DNA of 64,000 bases from Alphaproteobacteria bacterium (GCA_965225945.1 CBDDBZ010000035.1:256001-320000), one strand, 5' to 3'. Shown: positions 9,137-20,326, counted from the stretch's first letter. Translations and numbers: made by a program. Notes: generated from the letters alone by a model not told the origin.

Positions 9137-10018
9137 ATGACTGAAGCGCGCCATGCCCGGCTGGCGGATCGGGCGATCCTGAGGCTCGCCGGTGGCGAGG
9201 TCCGAACCTTCCTGCAAGCTCTCGTCTCCAACGACGTCGAGCGTCTCGCGGGGAACCGCGCGATCTATGCCGCCTTGCTGACGCCGCAAGGCAAGTATCT
9301 CTTCGATTTCTTCCTCGGCCAGGCCGAGGGCGGCATTCTGCTGGACGGCGAGGCCTCGCGCCTTCCCGCGCTCGCCAAGCGGCTGGCCATGTATCGGCTC
9401 CGCGCCGATGTCGAGATCGAGACCGACGACAAGCTCGCCGTCCACGTCGGCTTCGGGCCGGGCGCGGCGGCGGCTCTGGGGTTGGCCGAGACGGCCGGCG
9501 CGGCCCGGCCGCTCGACGGCGGCGTCGTCTTCGTCGATTGCCGCGACCCGGCGGCCGGTGTCCGCGTGTTGGCGCCGGCCGACGTCGCGGCGGCGACGCT
9601 GGAGGCGGCGGGCCTGAGAGCGAGCGGGCCCGAGGATTACGATCGCCACCGCCTCGCCCTGGCGCTGCCCGACGGCAGCCGCGATCTGGAGGTCGAACGT
9701 TCGACCCTGCTGGAAGCCGACTTCGAGCGCCTGAACGGTGTCGATTTCCACAAGGGCTGCTACGTCGGCCAGGAGGTGACGGCCCGCACCAAGCATCGCG
9801 GTAAGTTGCGCAAGCGCCTGCTGGCGGTGGCGATCGAGGGCCCGCTGCCGGCGCCGGGCACGCCGATCCTGGCCGCGGGGCGGGAGGTGGGCGTCATCCG
9901 CTCCGGCCGCGACGAGCGGGCCTTGGCGCTGCTGCGCCTCGACGCGGTGGCGGATGACGCGCCGCCGATGACCGCCGCCCAGAGCCGGGTGCGGGCCACG
10001 GGCGCGGCGCCGCGATGA
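9137..10018 (+). CDS. ygfZ: Folate-binding Fe-S maturation protein YgfZ
   Basis: LLTPQGK and the KGCYVGQE signature. Confidence 0.93.
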   Translation: MTEARHARLADRAILRLAGGEVRTFLQALVSNDVERLAGNRAIYAALLTPQGKYLFDFFLGQAEGGILLDGEASRLPALAKRLAMYRLRADVEIETDDKLAVHVGFGPGAAAALGLAETAGAARPLDGGVVFVDCRDPAAGVRVLAPADVAAATLEAAGLRASGPEDYDRHRLALALPDGSRDLEVERSTLLEADFERLNGVDFHKGCYVGQEVTARTKHRGKLRKRLLAVAIEGPLPAPGTPILAAGREVGVIRSGRDERALALLRLDAVADDAPPMTAAQSRVRATGAAPR

Positions 10019-10611
10019 CGCGAGCGGACGGCCGCTGCGGCTGGTGCGGGGAGGATCCGCTCTACGTCGACTATCACGACACCGAGTGGGGCGTGGCGGA
10101 GTGGGACCACCGCGCGCTATTCGAGAAGCTGCTGCTGGACGGTTTCCAGGCCGGCCTCTCCTGGATCACGATTCTGCGCAAGCGAGAAAACTTCCGCGCC
10201 GCCTTCGACGGCTTCGTGCCCGAGGTGATGGTCCGCTACGACGCGGCCAAGCTGGCCTCGCTGATGGCCGACGCCGGCATCGTCCGCAACCGCCAGAAGA
10301 TCCAGGCGAGCCTCGACAACGCGCGGGCCTGGCTCGCCATCATGGAACGCGACGGCGGCTTCCGCGATTATCTGTGGCGCTTCGTCGACGGCCGGCCTCG
10401 GGTCAACCACTGGCGCTCGCTCGCCGAGGTGCCGGCGGAGACGGCGGAAAGCCGGGCGCTCTCCAAGGCGCTGAAAGGCGAAGGCTTCCGATTTTGCGGG
10501 CCGACCATCTGTTATGCGGTGATGCAGGCGACGGGGATGGTGAACGATCACCTGACCGGCTGCTTCCGCCACGCCGCGGTCCAGGCGCCGGCCGAGACGG
10601 AAAGGCCCTGA
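10015..10611 (+). CDS. tag: DNA-3-methyladenine glycosylase I
   Basis: RCGW, YHDTEWG, FQAGLSWITILRKR, GMVNDHLTGC. Confidence 0.95.
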   Translation: MTRADGRCGWCGEDPLYVDYHDTEWGVAEWDHRALFEKLLLDGFQAGLSWITILRKRENFRAAFDGFVPEVMVRYDAAKLASLMADAGIVRNRQKIQASLDNARAWLAIMERDGGFRDYLWRFVDGRPRVNHWRSLAEVPAETAESRALSKALKGEGFRFCGPTICYAVMQATGMVNDHLTGCFRHAAVQAPAETERP

Positions 10612-10617
10612 GGCGCC

Positions 10618-10953
10618 GTGGAAGCCCGGCTGAAGGCGGAGCTCTGGATCAAGGCCCACATCCGCCGGGTCGAGATCGAGGGCGCCATCGCCATGGTCGC
10701 CAGGCGTGGCGACGCGATGTCGGGCTCGGTCCTGGTCAAGCTCAACAATCTGGATGGCACGGCCCAGGTGCTGGCGCCGGCGCCGAACGCGGAGAAGGGC
10801 CGGGTCTGGCTTCGCGCCACCGGCCCGGCGCCGGTGGCCGACGGCGAGGCCGAGGCCTTCATCGAGCGCCAGCTCCGCTTCGATCCGGATCTCTGGGTGT
10901 TGGAGATCGAAGACCGCGAGGGCCGCCACTTTCTCGACGATCCGGTCGAGTGA
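10618..10953 (+). CDS. DUF1491 family protein
   Basis: RLKAELWIKAHIRR, RRGD..SG.VLVK, FDPDLWVLEIEDREGR. Confidence 0.88.
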   Translation: MEARLKAELWIKAHIRRVEIEGAIAMVARRGDAMSGSVLVKLNNLDGTAQVLAPAPNAEKGRVWLRATGPAPVADGEAEAFIERQLRFDPDLWVLEIEDREGRHFLDDPVE

Positions 10954-11775
10954 TCAGGCGGCCGGGTCGGCCCTGGCCCAACTCCGGAGCACCGCTTCGC
11001 TCCCGGCATCGGCGGGGAAGAAGTTCTCGATGCGGATCTCCTGCGCGGTGACGTCCATGGGCGTGCCGAGGGTGGCGATCGTGGTGAACAGGTTCAGCAC
11101 CGTGCCGCCCTTGGCGAAGGCGATGGTCAGCACCGGGGCTTGGTCCGGCGTCAGCTCGGAAAGCTCGGCCGGGCCCGGCACGTCGGGATAGGCGAGGACA
11201 CGCTCCAACAGCGCCGCCGTCTCCGCCGCGCCGTCGCCCGAGGCCTCGCTCCGCAGGTAGCCGACGAAGCCGAGCGCGACCTCCCGCCAATTTACGATGA
11301 GCGGGCGGAGCTGGTCGGGGGCGAGCACCGCGTCCACCAGGTTGACCTCGGGCGGGGTCGGGCTCGCCTCGGGCGCGCCGCCGGCGAGGAAGGCGAAGAG
11401 TCGCCCCGCCGCCCGGTTGACGCGGAGCAGGTTCCAGCATCGGTCGACCACGATCGCCGGATAGGGCTCCTGCCGGTCGAGCATGTGGTCGAGGGCGCGA
11501 TCGACGACGGCAAGCGCGTCGGTCCCGAGTCGTCCCTCCCGCCACAAGGGCGCGAAGCCCGCCGCCAGCAGCAACTGGTTCCGCTCGCGAAAGCGGAGGT
11601 CGAGGGCGGCGGCGAGGCGCAGCACCATGGCACGACTCGGCCGGGAGCGGTCGAGTTCCAGGAAGCTCAGGTGGCGTTGCGAGATCTCGGTCAGATGCGC
11701 CAGCGCCAGCTGCGAATGCCCGCGCCGCGCCCGCCACCAGCGGAGCCGCCGGGCGAAATCCGTCTTTTCGTCCAT
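10954..11775 (-). CDS. XRE HTH regulator with MmyB-like ligand-binding domain
   Basis: SQLALA...ISQRHLSFLE..RSRPSR, RERNQLLLAAGFAP, LGTPMDVTAQEIRIE. Confidence 0.9.
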   Translation of the reverse strand: MDEKTDFARRLRWWRARRGHSQLALAHLTEISQRHLSFLELDRSRPSRAMVLRLAAALDLRFRERNQLLLAAGFAPLWREGRLGTDALAVVDRALDHMLDRQEPYPAIVVDRCWNLLRVNRAAGRLFAFLAGGAPEASPTPPEVNLVDAVLAPDQLRPLIVNWREVALGFVGYLRSEASGDGAAETAALLERVLAYPDVPGPAELSELTPDQAPVLTIAFAKGGTVLNLFTTIATLGTPMDVTAQEIRIENFFPADAGSEAVLRSWARADPAA

Positions 11776-11868
11776 GGCATTACCTCCGAGGTAGTTGCAA
11801 CGATGACCACCCCGGAGGATATCATCCACCCCGCCACCACGGCGAACGCGACCCGCAAGGAGAACGAC

Positions 11869-12276
11869 ATGGACCTGCTCGCGCGGCTGAACGACGACCT
11901 CCTGCCCTTCGCCAAGCTGCTCGGCATGCGCTTCGTCGCCGCCGAGCTCGACCGCCTGGTCGCCGAGCTGGAGATCCGCGACGAGCTCTGCACCCGGCCC
12001 GCCGTGGCCCATGGCGGGCTCCTCATGGCCTTCGCCGACACCCTGGGCGGCACGGCGACCGCGCTCAACCTGCCGGAGGGCGCGGGCACCACGACACTCG
12101 AGAGCAAGACCAACTTCCTCGCCGCGGTTCCAGTCGGCACGCTGATCGTCGGCGAGACGACGCCGGTGCACCGGGGTCGCACCACGATGGTCTGGCAGAC
12201 TCGGATCAACGCCGATTCGGGCCGCCTCGCCGCCCTCGTGACCCAGACCCAGCTCGTCCTCGCGCCCCGCGCTTGA
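11869..12276 (+). CDS. PaaI family thioesterase
   Basis: HGGLLMAFADTLG, TTTLESKTNF, HRGRTTMVWQT; AAGGAG RBS. Confidence 0.9.
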   Translation: MDLLARLNDDLLPFAKLLGMRFVAAELDRLVAELEIRDELCTRPAVAHGGLLMAFADTLGGTATALNLPEGAGTTTLESKTNFLAAVPVGTLIVGETTPVHRGRTTMVWQTRINADSGRLAALVTQTQLVLAPRA

Positions 12277-12500
12277 GCCCGCAACCGGCGACCCCGGGCG
12301 CCACGGAGAGTCGCCGGCTGGGGCGATCAGGTCATCCAGAGGCCGGCGGCGATGTTGATCCCGTCGTTGTAGAGGCCCCCCGGGTTCGGCCCGTAGCGCG
12401 AAATCACCCGGCCCCGGACCGGCCAGGCGGGCGCAAACACTCGCGCTCGCCGCCGCTCGGCGCTACGCTCGGCCACGGCGTGGCGGGGAAGGAAACAGCG

Positions 12501-13676
12501 ATGGGAACGACCCACGACATCGTCATCGTCGGCGGTGCCCTGGTCGGCTCCAGCACGGCCTACCATCTGGTGGTGCGCGATTCCGCCCTCGACGTCGTGG
12601 TGGTCGAGCGCGACCCGAGCTACGAGTTCGCCGCGACCGGTCGCTCCTTCGGCGGCGTCAGGGTGCTGTTCTCCCAGGAGGAGAACATTTGGATGTCGCT
12701 TTACGGCCACGAGTTCTATGGCGACTTCGCCGCCCGGACGGCGGTGCACGGCGCGGAGACGGCGCTCGATTTTCGCCATCAGGGCTATCTCTTCCTCGCC
12801 CTGAACCGGGAGGAAGCGCGGATCATCGAGCTCAACCTCGAGGTCCAGCGCGGCCTCGGCTGCGAGGTCGAGATGCTGGACGCGGCCGGGCTCGCCCAGC
12901 GCTATCCCTCGATGACCACCGAGGATGTCCTCCTCGCGGTGCTGACGCCCAACGACGGCTGGATCGATCCGCACGGCGCGCTGATGGGCTTTCGGGCCAA
13001 GGCGCGAAGTCTGGGTGCCCGCTACGTCCACGGCGAGGTGTTCGAGATCGAGCACGATTCCACGGCCGCGCGGGCGGTCCTGCTGGCCGACGGCACGCGG
13101 CTCGCCGCGCGATGGGTCATCGACACGGCGGGCGCCTGGGCCGGCGAGATCGCCGCCATGGTGGGGATGGATATTCCCATGGTGCCGCTCGCGCGCACGA
13201 ACTTTCATTTCGAGACCCGCGAAAGCCTGGAACCGCTGCCGCTGTTCCGCGACCTGCCCGGTGTCGGCGCCCGCCCGGAAGGCAGCGGCTATATCACCGG
13301 CTACACCGATTTCGCCAACGCCGGCCGGTTCGACTTCGAGCCGCGCCACGAGGTCTTCGAGAGCCTGCTCTGGCCCAGCGTGGCCCGGCGCGTCAAGGCC
13401 TTCGAGGCGGTGAAGGTGACCAACGCCTGGGTCGGCCACTACGCCTACAATCATTTCGACGGTAATTTGGTGATCGGGGCTTGGCGCGAGGGTTGCGAGA
13501 ATTTTATCGTCGCCACCGGCTTTTCCGGCCACGGCTTGCAACACGCGCCGGCGGTCGGGCGGGCGCTCGCCGAGCTGGTAATCGACGGCGAATACCGCGC
13601 CATCGACCTCACGCGCTTCGATTATCAGCGCATCCTCGACGACCGGCCGGAACCCGAGCGCGGGATGAAGGCCTGA
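12501..13676 (+). CDS. FAD-dependent oxidoreductase (DAO / sarcosine oxidase beta-like)
   Basis: IVGGALVGSS, GFSGHGLQHAPAVG. Confidence 0.9.
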   Translation: MGTTHDIVIVGGALVGSSTAYHLVVRDSALDVVVVERDPSYEFAATGRSFGGVRVLFSQEENIWMSLYGHEFYGDFAARTAVHGAETALDFRHQGYLFLALNREEARIIELNLEVQRGLGCEVEMLDAAGLAQRYPSMTTEDVLLAVLTPNDGWIDPHGALMGFRAKARSLGARYVHGEVFEIEHDSTAARAVLLADGTRLAARWVIDTAGAWAGEIAAMVGMDIPMVPLARTNFHFETRESLEPLPLFRDLPGVGARPEGSGYITGYTDFANAGRFDFEPRHEVFESLLWPSVARRVKAFEAVKVTNAWVGHYAYNHFDGNLVIGAWREGCENFIVATGFSGHGLQHAPAVGRALAELVIDGEYRAIDLTRFDYQRILDDRPEPERGMKA

Positions 13677-13708
13677 TGGAGAGCGACAAATTGGGGAGTT
13701 TGCCCTGA

Positions 13709-14911
13709 ATGTTCACCCCCGCCGAACGCATGGGGCGGTTTCGCCCGTCCGCCAGCACGAGCGCCGCCGAGCATGCCCGCGCCCTCAAGGCCGAGGGACG
13801 CGACATCATCGACCTCTCGCAGGGCGAGCCCGACTTCCCGACGCCCGAGAACGTCAAGCGCGCGGCACTGGCGGCGATGAGCGCGGACCAGACCCACTAC
13901 ACCAACGTCGCGGGAACGCCGGCGCTGCTCGCGGCAATCGCGCACAAGCTGAAACGCGACAACGATCTGGAGTACGCGGCGGAGGAAATCATCGCGTCCA
14001 CCGGCGGCAAGCAGGCGATGTTCAACGCTTTCGCCGCCACCCTCGGCGCCGGCGACGAGGTCGTCGTGCCTCTGCCCTACTGGATCAGCTACCCCAACCT
14101 GGTGCTGCTGTCGGATGCGACGCCGGTCTTCGTCGAGGGGCGGGCCGAGAACGGCTACAAGCCCGCGCCGGAGGACCTGGCGGCGGCGGTGGGACCCCGG
14201 ACCCGGTGGCTGGTGCTGAATTCGCCCTGCAATCCGACCGGCGCGGTGTTCGATTCCGCCGAGCTCGAGGCGCTGGCCGAGATGCTGTTCGCCCACCCCG
14301 AGGTCTGGATCATGGCGGACGAGATCTACGAGCACCTAATTTACGGCACGGCCGAGCATGTCTCGATCCTGCAAGTGGCGCCCGGCCTTCGCGACCGCAC
14401 GCTGATCGTCAACGGGGTGTCCAAGGCCTATGCGATGACCGGCTGGCGGCTCGGCTTCGCGGCCGGACCAGCAGCCCTGATCGCCGCCATGACCAAGATC
14501 CAATCGCAGGTCACGGGCTGCCCCTCGTCGATCGCGCAAGCCGCGGCCGCCGAGGCGCTGGCCGGACCGCAAGAGGTGTTGGCGGAACGCCGCCGGATCA
14601 TGGCGGCGCGCCGCGATTCGATCCTGAGGGCGTTGAACCAGGTCGAGGGCCTGCGCGCGTCACGGCCCGACGGTGCGATGTATCTGTTTTGTGATTGCCG
14701 CGGGCTGCTCGGCCGCCGCCCGCCCGAGGGCTTGGCCCTGGCCGACGACCAGGCCGTCGTCGGCTATCTGCTGGAGGCGGCGGGCGTCGCCCTGGTGCCC
14801 GGCAGCGCCTACGGAATGGCGGGGCATTTCCGGCTCAGTTTCGCCGCCGACGAAACCGTGCTGGAGGCGGCGGGCCGGCGCCTCCACGCCGCCTGCGACA
14901 AACTGTCCTAA
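13709..14911 (+). CDS. Class I PLP aminotransferase (aspartate aminotransferase-like)
   Basis: GEPDFPTP, NSPCNPTG, DEIYE, SKAYAMTGWRLG. Confidence 0.93.
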   Translation: MFTPAERMGRFRPSASTSAAEHARALKAEGRDIIDLSQGEPDFPTPENVKRAALAAMSADQTHYTNVAGTPALLAAIAHKLKRDNDLEYAAEEIIASTGGKQAMFNAFAATLGAGDEVVVPLPYWISYPNLVLLSDATPVFVEGRAENGYKPAPEDLAAAVGPRTRWLVLNSPCNPTGAVFDSAELEALAEMLFAHPEVWIMADEIYEHLIYGTAEHVSILQVAPGLRDRTLIVNGVSKAYAMTGWRLGFAAGPAALIAAMTKIQSQVTGCPSSIAQAAAAEALAGPQEVLAERRRIMAARRDSILRALNQVEGLRASRPDGAMYLFCDCRGLLGRRPPEGLALADDQAVVGYLLEAAGVALVPGSAYGMAGHFRLSFAADETVLEAAGRRLHAACDKLS

Positions 14912-15573
14912 CGCGCGGAATTCTCGGGCTCGAGAGCAATATCCGAACGGATTGAACCACAGCGGTTCAATCCGTTCGGATTAAATTGCTCTCTTCTTCC
15001 ATGGTACACGACGGCATTTACGTAGGACGTTGAAAAGGTTGTAGGATTCCCGATTCACTCCACGACGAGTCAAGAGGGAAATCATGCGAGACAACCCGAT
15101 CAACGCCCTGCGTGAGACGCTACGATGCGGCTTCGCCTTTCGCAAGAGCCGTCTGGAGAGCCTTTGCGTCTTGGTCTTCGGCGTGTTCGTCGCCCGGACG
15201 GTGAACCTCTCTCACTTGGCCTGCCACTTTCCGGGGCGCGCGCGATCCAGCTCCAACTATCGGCGCCTGCAACGGTTTTTCGAGCAAGTCGATTTCGATT
15301 ACGATCGCCTCGCCGAGTTCCTGGTCGCGATGATGGGGCTCCAGGCGGGGCCGTGGCGGCTGACCATGGACCGGACCAACTGGCGGCTGGGTCGCCGCGA
15401 CGTCAACATCTTGATGATCGGCATCGTCAACCGCGCCATCGCCATTCCCGTGTGTGGAACGGCGTGCAAAGTTGACCCCTGTTGAGGGGTGATCGGCGTC
15501 CAAATTTTGAGTCGGACCCGATTTCCTTGGACACAGAATTGGTTTAATCGAAGTGTCCAAGGAGGACCGGAAC

Positions 15574-15984
15574 ATGACCGACAATTTTGAGAACAAAGTT
15601 GCTGTTGATGGGCCTGTGGTAAACGAGGGCGAGCTTGGCTCGTCCACGTTTTCCCCGGGCCAGGTTTCGCCGGCAGGCCCGCTGGGACTTGGCCAGCGGT
15701 GGACGGTGACGCGCAAGCGTGAGGTTGCCCTGCGGCTTTTGCGTGGCGAGCCGGTGGAACTTTTGTCGCGGCAGTTGGGCGTGGAGATTTTCCGGCTCGA
15801 GCAGTGGCGTGAGAAGGCGATCGCCGGGATCGATGCCTCGCTCAAGGAACGCAAGGGCGATCCGGTAAAGGCGGAACTGGACATCGCCATGAAGCGGATC
15901 GGGGAGTTGATCATGCAGGTGGAACTGCTGGAGGCCAAGACGGAGACGTCCGGCCCTTTGGGGCGGCGGAGGTCGCGGCGATGA
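15574..15984 (+). CDS. IS OrfA (HTH), copy 2
   Basis: Same protein as 4789-5199. Confidence 0.85.
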   Translation: MTDNFENKVAVDGPVVNEGELGSSTFSPGQVSPAGPLGLGQRWTVTRKREVALRLLRGEPVELLSRQLGVEIFRLEQWREKAIAGIDASLKERKGDPVKAELDIAMKRIGELIMQVELLEAKTETSGPLGRRRSRR

Positions 15985-16892
15985 GTGCCGCCACCTCTCC
16001 CGGCACGGGTTTGGCCTACGGCCTCCAGCGGGTCTGTGCGGCCTGGGGTTTTGCCCGTTCCTCGTTCTACGCCATGAAATCCCGGCAGCAGGCCACCGCT
16101 GAGCGCCCACCAGCAAAGCGCCGGGGACCGAAGCCCTCGATCTCGGACGAGGCTCTGCTGGTGGCCATCGAGGCCGACCTGGAGGCATCCCCCTGGGAGG
16201 GCGAGGGACACCGCAAGGTCTGGGCTCGGCTTCGGGTCTGTCGTGGCATCCGTGTTTCCCGCAAGCGGGTGCTCCGGGTGATGCGCGAGAACAACCTGCT
16301 CTCGCCCCATCGCTGCCGCCGCCGTGGCGGAAATCCCCATGTCGGTGAGATCATCACCCATGCCCCCAACCTCATGTGGGGCACGGACGGCGTTCGGGTG
16401 TTCACGGTGGACGACGGCTGGGGCTGGATATTCACCGCCATCGAGCATTGGAACGCCGAGTGCGTCGGCTGGCATGTGTGCAAGCGAGGCGACCGCTTCG
16501 CCGCCCTTCAGCCGATCTCCATGGGGCTTGCGAGGCTGTATGCCTCGACCTCCGCCGGTGCGGCGCGGGGGCTGGCCTTGCGGATGGATCACGGCTCCCA
16601 GTATCTGTCGGACCACTTCACCAACCAGATCAAGTTCTGGGGCATCCAGCCGTCCTACGCCTTCGTCGAACAGCCCCAGACCAACGGCGTCGCCGAGAGG
16701 TTCAATCGCACGCTCAAGGAACAGATCATCCATGGCCGCATCTACCGCAACATCGCGGAGCTGCGGAACGCCGTCCGCGGGTTCGTCGAACAGTACAATG
16801 CCCAGTGGATCGTGGAGAAGAACGGCTACCTGAGCCCCGCTCAAGCTCGTCAGGCGTGGCACACCGCGATGTCACTCAGGCCCGCCGCATGA
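15981..16892 (+). CDS. IS OrfB DDE transposase, copy 2
   Basis: Same protein as 5196-6107. Confidence 0.92.
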   Translation: MSAATSPGTGLAYGLQRVCAAWGFARSSFYAMKSRQQATAERPPAKRRGPKPSISDEALLVAIEADLEASPWEGEGHRKVWARLRVCRGIRVSRKRVLRVMRENNLLSPHRCRRRGGNPHVGEIITHAPNLMWGTDGVRVFTVDDGWGWIFTAIEHWNAECVGWHVCKRGDRFAALQPISMGLARLYASTSAGAARGLALRMDHGSQYLSDHFTNQIKFWGIQPSYAFVEQPQTNGVAERFNRTLKEQIIHGRIYRNIAELRNAVRGFVEQYNAQWIVEKNGYLSPAQARQAWHTAMSLRPAA

Positions 16893-17001
16893 GACAAACT
16901 TGTGTCCAAGGAACCGGGTGCGATACACGGCGTCCAAATTTGACCCCCTGAGCCTGGCTAGTCCAAGTCACCTCGTTTTTGGGCGGACGAGGTGGTGGGG
17001 G

Positions 17002-18513
17002 ATGTTGGTCGTGGAGACGATAGCGCGGATCCGGCGGGAGTATTTCGTCAAGGGGAAGCCGATCAAGGAGATCGTGCGGGACGTGAAGGTCTCGGGCAAC
17101 ACGGTGCGCAAGGTGATCCGTTCGCAGGCGACGGCGTTCACCTACGACCGGCGGGTCCAGCCGATGCCGAAGCTGGGGCCGTGGACGGCCGAGCTGGAGC
17201 GGATGCTGGAGGCCAACGAGACCAAGTCGAAGCGGGAGCGGCTGACGCTGCTACGGATCTCCGAAGCCCTCGAGGGTCTGGGCTATGGCGGCGGCTACGA
17301 CGCGGTGCGGCGCTACGCCAAGGCGTGGCGGTGGCGCCGTTCGGCATCGACGGCGCAGACCTATGTGCCGTTGGTGTTCTCGCCGGGCGAGGCCTATCAG
17401 TTCGACTGGAGCCACGAGTACGTGGTGCTGGCGGGGGTGACGACCAAGGTCAAGGTCGCGCACGTCCGGCTGTGCCACAGCCGAATGTTCTTCGTCCGCG
17501 CTTATCCGCGCGAGAGCCAGGAGATGGTGTTCGACGCCCACGACCGGGCATTCCGGCTGTTCCAGGGTGCCTGCCGGCGAGGCATCTACGACAACATGAA
17601 GACGGCGGTGCAGACCGTCCTCATCGGCAAGGAGCGCGCGTTCAACCGGCGCTTCGTGCAGATGTGTGGCCACTACCTGGTCGAACCGACAGCATGCACG
17701 CCGGGAGCGGGATGGGAGAAGGGGCAGGTCGAGAACCAGGTCGGGATCATCCGCGGTCGGTTCTTCACCCCGCGGCTGCGCTTCAAGACCTACGACGAGC
17801 TCAACGCCTGGCTCTTGGACCAGTGCGTCGCCTACGCCCGGCGTCATCCCCACCCGGTGTTCAAGGACAGGACTGTCTGGCAGGTGTTCGAGGACGAGCG
17901 TCCGTCCCTGGTCGGCTATCGCGGGCCGTTCGACGGCTTCCACGCGGTCCCGGCGTCGGTGTCGAAGACCTGCCTGGTGCGCTTCGACAGCAACAAGTAC
18001 AGCGTGGCGGCGCGCGCCGTCGGCCGTCCGGTCGAGGTCCATGCCTACGCCGATCGCATCGTCATCCGCCAGGACGGCGAGATCGTCGCCGAGCATGCCC
18101 GGCGCTTCGGCCGCGACCAGACCGTCTATGACCCGTGGCACTACGTGCCCGTGCTGGCGAGGAAGCCCGGTGCGCTTCGTAACGGCGCGCCGTTCAAGGA
18201 CTGGGCGCTGCCCGGCGCCCTGGGTCGCGTGCGCGTCCGGCTCGCCGGCCACGACGACGGCGACAGGCAGATGGTCGAGATCCTCACCGCCGTGCTGGCG
18301 GATGGGCTGGCGGCGGTGGAGGCCGCCTGTGCCGAGGCGCTCGCTGGCGGCGTGTGCAGCGCCGACGTCGTGCTCAACATCCTCAATCGTCGGCGCCAGC
18401 CGTCCGAGACGGCGCCGATCCCGACGCCCGCGAACCTGCGTCTTCGCTTTGAGCCGGTGGCCGATTGCACCCGCTACGACCGCTTGAGGGGGGTCGGCCA
18501 TGGAGCGCCATGA
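17002..18513 (+). CDS. istA: IS21 transposase IstA
   Basis: [26 protein letters not shown]; starts [12 protein letters not shown]. Confidence 0.95.
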   Translation: MLVVETIARIRREYFVKGKPIKEIVRDVKVSGNTVRKVIRSQATAFTYDRRVQPMPKLGPWTAELERMLEANETKSKRERLTLLRISEALEGLGYGGGYDAVRRYAKAWRWRRSASTAQTYVPLVFSPGEAYQFDWSHEYVVLAGVTTKVKVAHVRLCHSRMFFVRAYPRESQEMVFDAHDRAFRLFQGACRRGIYDNMKTAVQTVLIGKERAFNRRFVQMCGHYLVEPTACTPGAGWEKGQVENQVGIIRGRFFTPRLRFKTYDELNAWLLDQCVAYARRHPHPVFKDRTVWQVFEDERPSLVGYRGPFDGFHAVPASVSKTCLVRFDSNKYSVAARAVGRPVEVHAYADRIVIRQDGEIVAEHARRFGRDQTVYDPWHYVPVLARKPGALRNGAPFKDWALPGALGRVRVRLAGHDDGDRQMVEILTAVLADGLAAVEAACAEALAGGVCSADVVLNILNRRRQPSETAPIPTPANLRLRFEPVADCTRYDRLRGVGHGAP

Positions 18514-19228
18514 GGTCCTGGAGATGATGGCCGCACTCAAGCTCGCCGGCATGCGCGACGCGTTCGACGAGGTGCTCGCCGACGGCCTCAAGCGCCAGCA
18601 TCCGATGCAGCGAATCATCGGCGAGCTGTTGAAGGCCGAGATCGCCGACAAGCAGGCGCGATCCATCAAGTACCAGATGAGTGGCGCCAAGCTGCCGCTG
18701 GCCAAGGAGCTGGCCGACTTCGACTTCACCGACACCCCGGTCAACGAGCCGCTGGTCCGCGAGTTGGCGGTCGGCGGCTTCCTGGCCAACCAGCGCAACG
18801 CCGTGCTGATCGGCGGCACCGGCACCGGCAAGAGCCATCTCGCCGTCGCCATCGCGCGGGCCTGCATCCGCGATGGCGCCCGGGGCCGCTTCTTCAACGT
18901 CGTCGACCTGGTCAACCGGCTCGAGGCCGAAGCCCGCGCCGGCCGCCAGGGCCGGCTCGCCGATCAGCTGGCCCGGCGCGACCTCGTCATCCTCGACGAG
19001 CTCGGCTACCTGCCCTTCGCCCAAACCGGAGGCCAGCTGCTGTTCCACCTCGTCAGCCGGCTCTACGAGCGCACCTCGATCATCGTCACCACCAACCTGA
19101 CCTTCGGCGAATGGCCGTCCGTCTTCGGCGACGCCAAGATGACCACCGCGCTCCTCGATCGTCTGACGCACCACTGCGAGATCATCGAGACCGGAAACGA
19201 CTCCTGGCGCTTCAAGAATCGGTCCTAA
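18500..19228 (+). CDS. istB: IS21 helper ATPase IstB
   Basis: [26 protein letters not shown]. Confidence 0.96.
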   Translation: MERHEVLEMMAALKLAGMRDAFDEVLADGLKRQHPMQRIIGELLKAEIADKQARSIKYQMSGAKLPLAKELADFDFTDTPVNEPLVRELAVGGFLANQRNAVLIGGTGTGKSHLAVAIARACIRDGARGRFFNVVDLVNRLEAEARAGRQGRLADQLARRDLVILDELGYLPFAQTGGQLLFHLVSRLYERTSIIVTTNLTFGEWPSVFGDAKMTTALLDRLTHHCEIIETGNDSWRFKNRS

Positions 19229-20326
19229 AGGCAACCGATCCACCTGCCGCCCGGTCGCCCAGGTGGGCCCACAGGAACCTCCCACGCGCGGTCCGCCGCC
19301 AGCCGCGTGGTGGGCGCGTCGGCCCGCGCGCGGGCCCCTCCTATGGACTACCTGTACGACCTCCGCCGTGCATCCCCAAAGGGGTCAACATTGCACGCCG
19401 ATAGGGGGTCAATGTTCAACGCCGATTGACACCGTGTGCTGGCGGGTGCTCGACAAGGCGGGCAATTCCAATACCAAGGAGCGGATCGCGATCCTCGAAC
19501 ACGTCCTCCGGCTCTTCGGGGTCGACAAGATCGCCAGCCTCCTGGCCGACCGGGAATTCATCGGCGACGCCTGGCTGGCATGGTTGCAGGAAAAGGCCAT
19601 CCCCTTTCACATCCGCATCCGATCCAACATCAAGATCGCCAACACGCGTGGTCGCATGGTCAAGGCGAGGGAGCTGTTTCGCGACCTCAAACCCGGGGAA
19701 AGCCGCATCCTCTCCAACGCCAGGCGCCTCTCGGAGGCCAGAAAACCCAAGGCCAGGCCCGTCTTCGTCGCCGCGCTCCATCTCAAGACCGGCGAACTGT
19801 TGATCGTCGTGACCAACGACGCGCCCGAGGAGGCCTTGGCCATCTACGCCCAGCGCTGGCAAATCGAGACCCTCTTCGCCGCCTTGAAAACCCGTGGCTT
19901 CAACCTCGAAGACACCCACATGACCGACCCGGAGCGCATCTCCAAGCTCACCGCCGTCCTTTCCATCACCTTCTGCTGGGCGCACAAAGTCGGCGATTGG
20001 CTCCACGAGGCCGAGCCGATCCGCCTCAAAACCCACAAAAGGATGGCAAAATCCATCTTCCGATACGGTTTCGAGTGGATAAGGCGACAGCTCGTCAATC
20101 CTATCGACAGGCGTCAAGCCATTGAGCTGATTCGTTTCCTCGTCCCCGGAAAACCACCAGTCCAGGTGCCCAGGCCAAAGCCAGCATGAACGAGTCGTGT
20201 ACTGTGCTCTTCTTCATAAAGATAGAGCAGCTTTATCCGCCAGTTGGATCGCTGAAAGCGATTCCAACTGGCGGATGCTGCTCTAGCGCTTCCTCGGCGT
20301 CGACCATGGGCGTATAAGAGGCCGCC

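Larger units (their letters stand above)
15508..16927 (+). mobile_element. IS3-like insertion sequence, copy 2 (1420 bp), 14-bp target duplication
   Basis: Near-identical to 4723-6142 (one C/T difference seen, 4758 vs 15543); CGGCGTCCAAATTT at 15494-15507 and 16928-16941. Confidence 0.95.
15453..19431 (+). mobile_element. IS21-family element (2545 bp core); left end interrupted by IS3-like copy 2
   Basis: TGT...ACA ends with tandem CGGCGT-N-TTGACCCC repeats; 5-bp duplication CCGTG (15448-15452, 19432-19436); istA/istB inside. Confidence 0.95.
15084..20189 (+). pseudogene. IS4-family transposase split by IS21
   Basis: N-part MRDNP...AIAIPV (15084-15452) and C-part CWRVLDK...PKPA (19437-20189) together equal ORF 51707-52828. 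Confidence 0.95.
15000..20206 (+). mobile_element. IS4-family element, copy 1 (1223 bp core), interrupted by IS21
   Basis: Ends CATGGTACACGAC / GTCGTGTACTGTG; 9-bp duplication CTCTTCTTC (14991-14999, 20207-20215); matches the intact copy at 51690-52912. Confidence 0.95.
14933..20284. repeat. Double-hairpin intergenic repeat, copy A, split by the IS4 composite
   Basis: 14933-14999 plus 20216-20284 align with the intact copy at 30631-30765. Confidence 0.85.

Noticed and set aside
16900-17001. N-terminal extension of IstA from the IS3-like end
   Set aside because: Chance open frame across the junction; the IstA-like sequence starts at ATG17002
19263-19436. Novel N-terminus on the 308-aa transposase ORF
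   Set aside because: Read-through from the IS21 right end into the split IS4 gene
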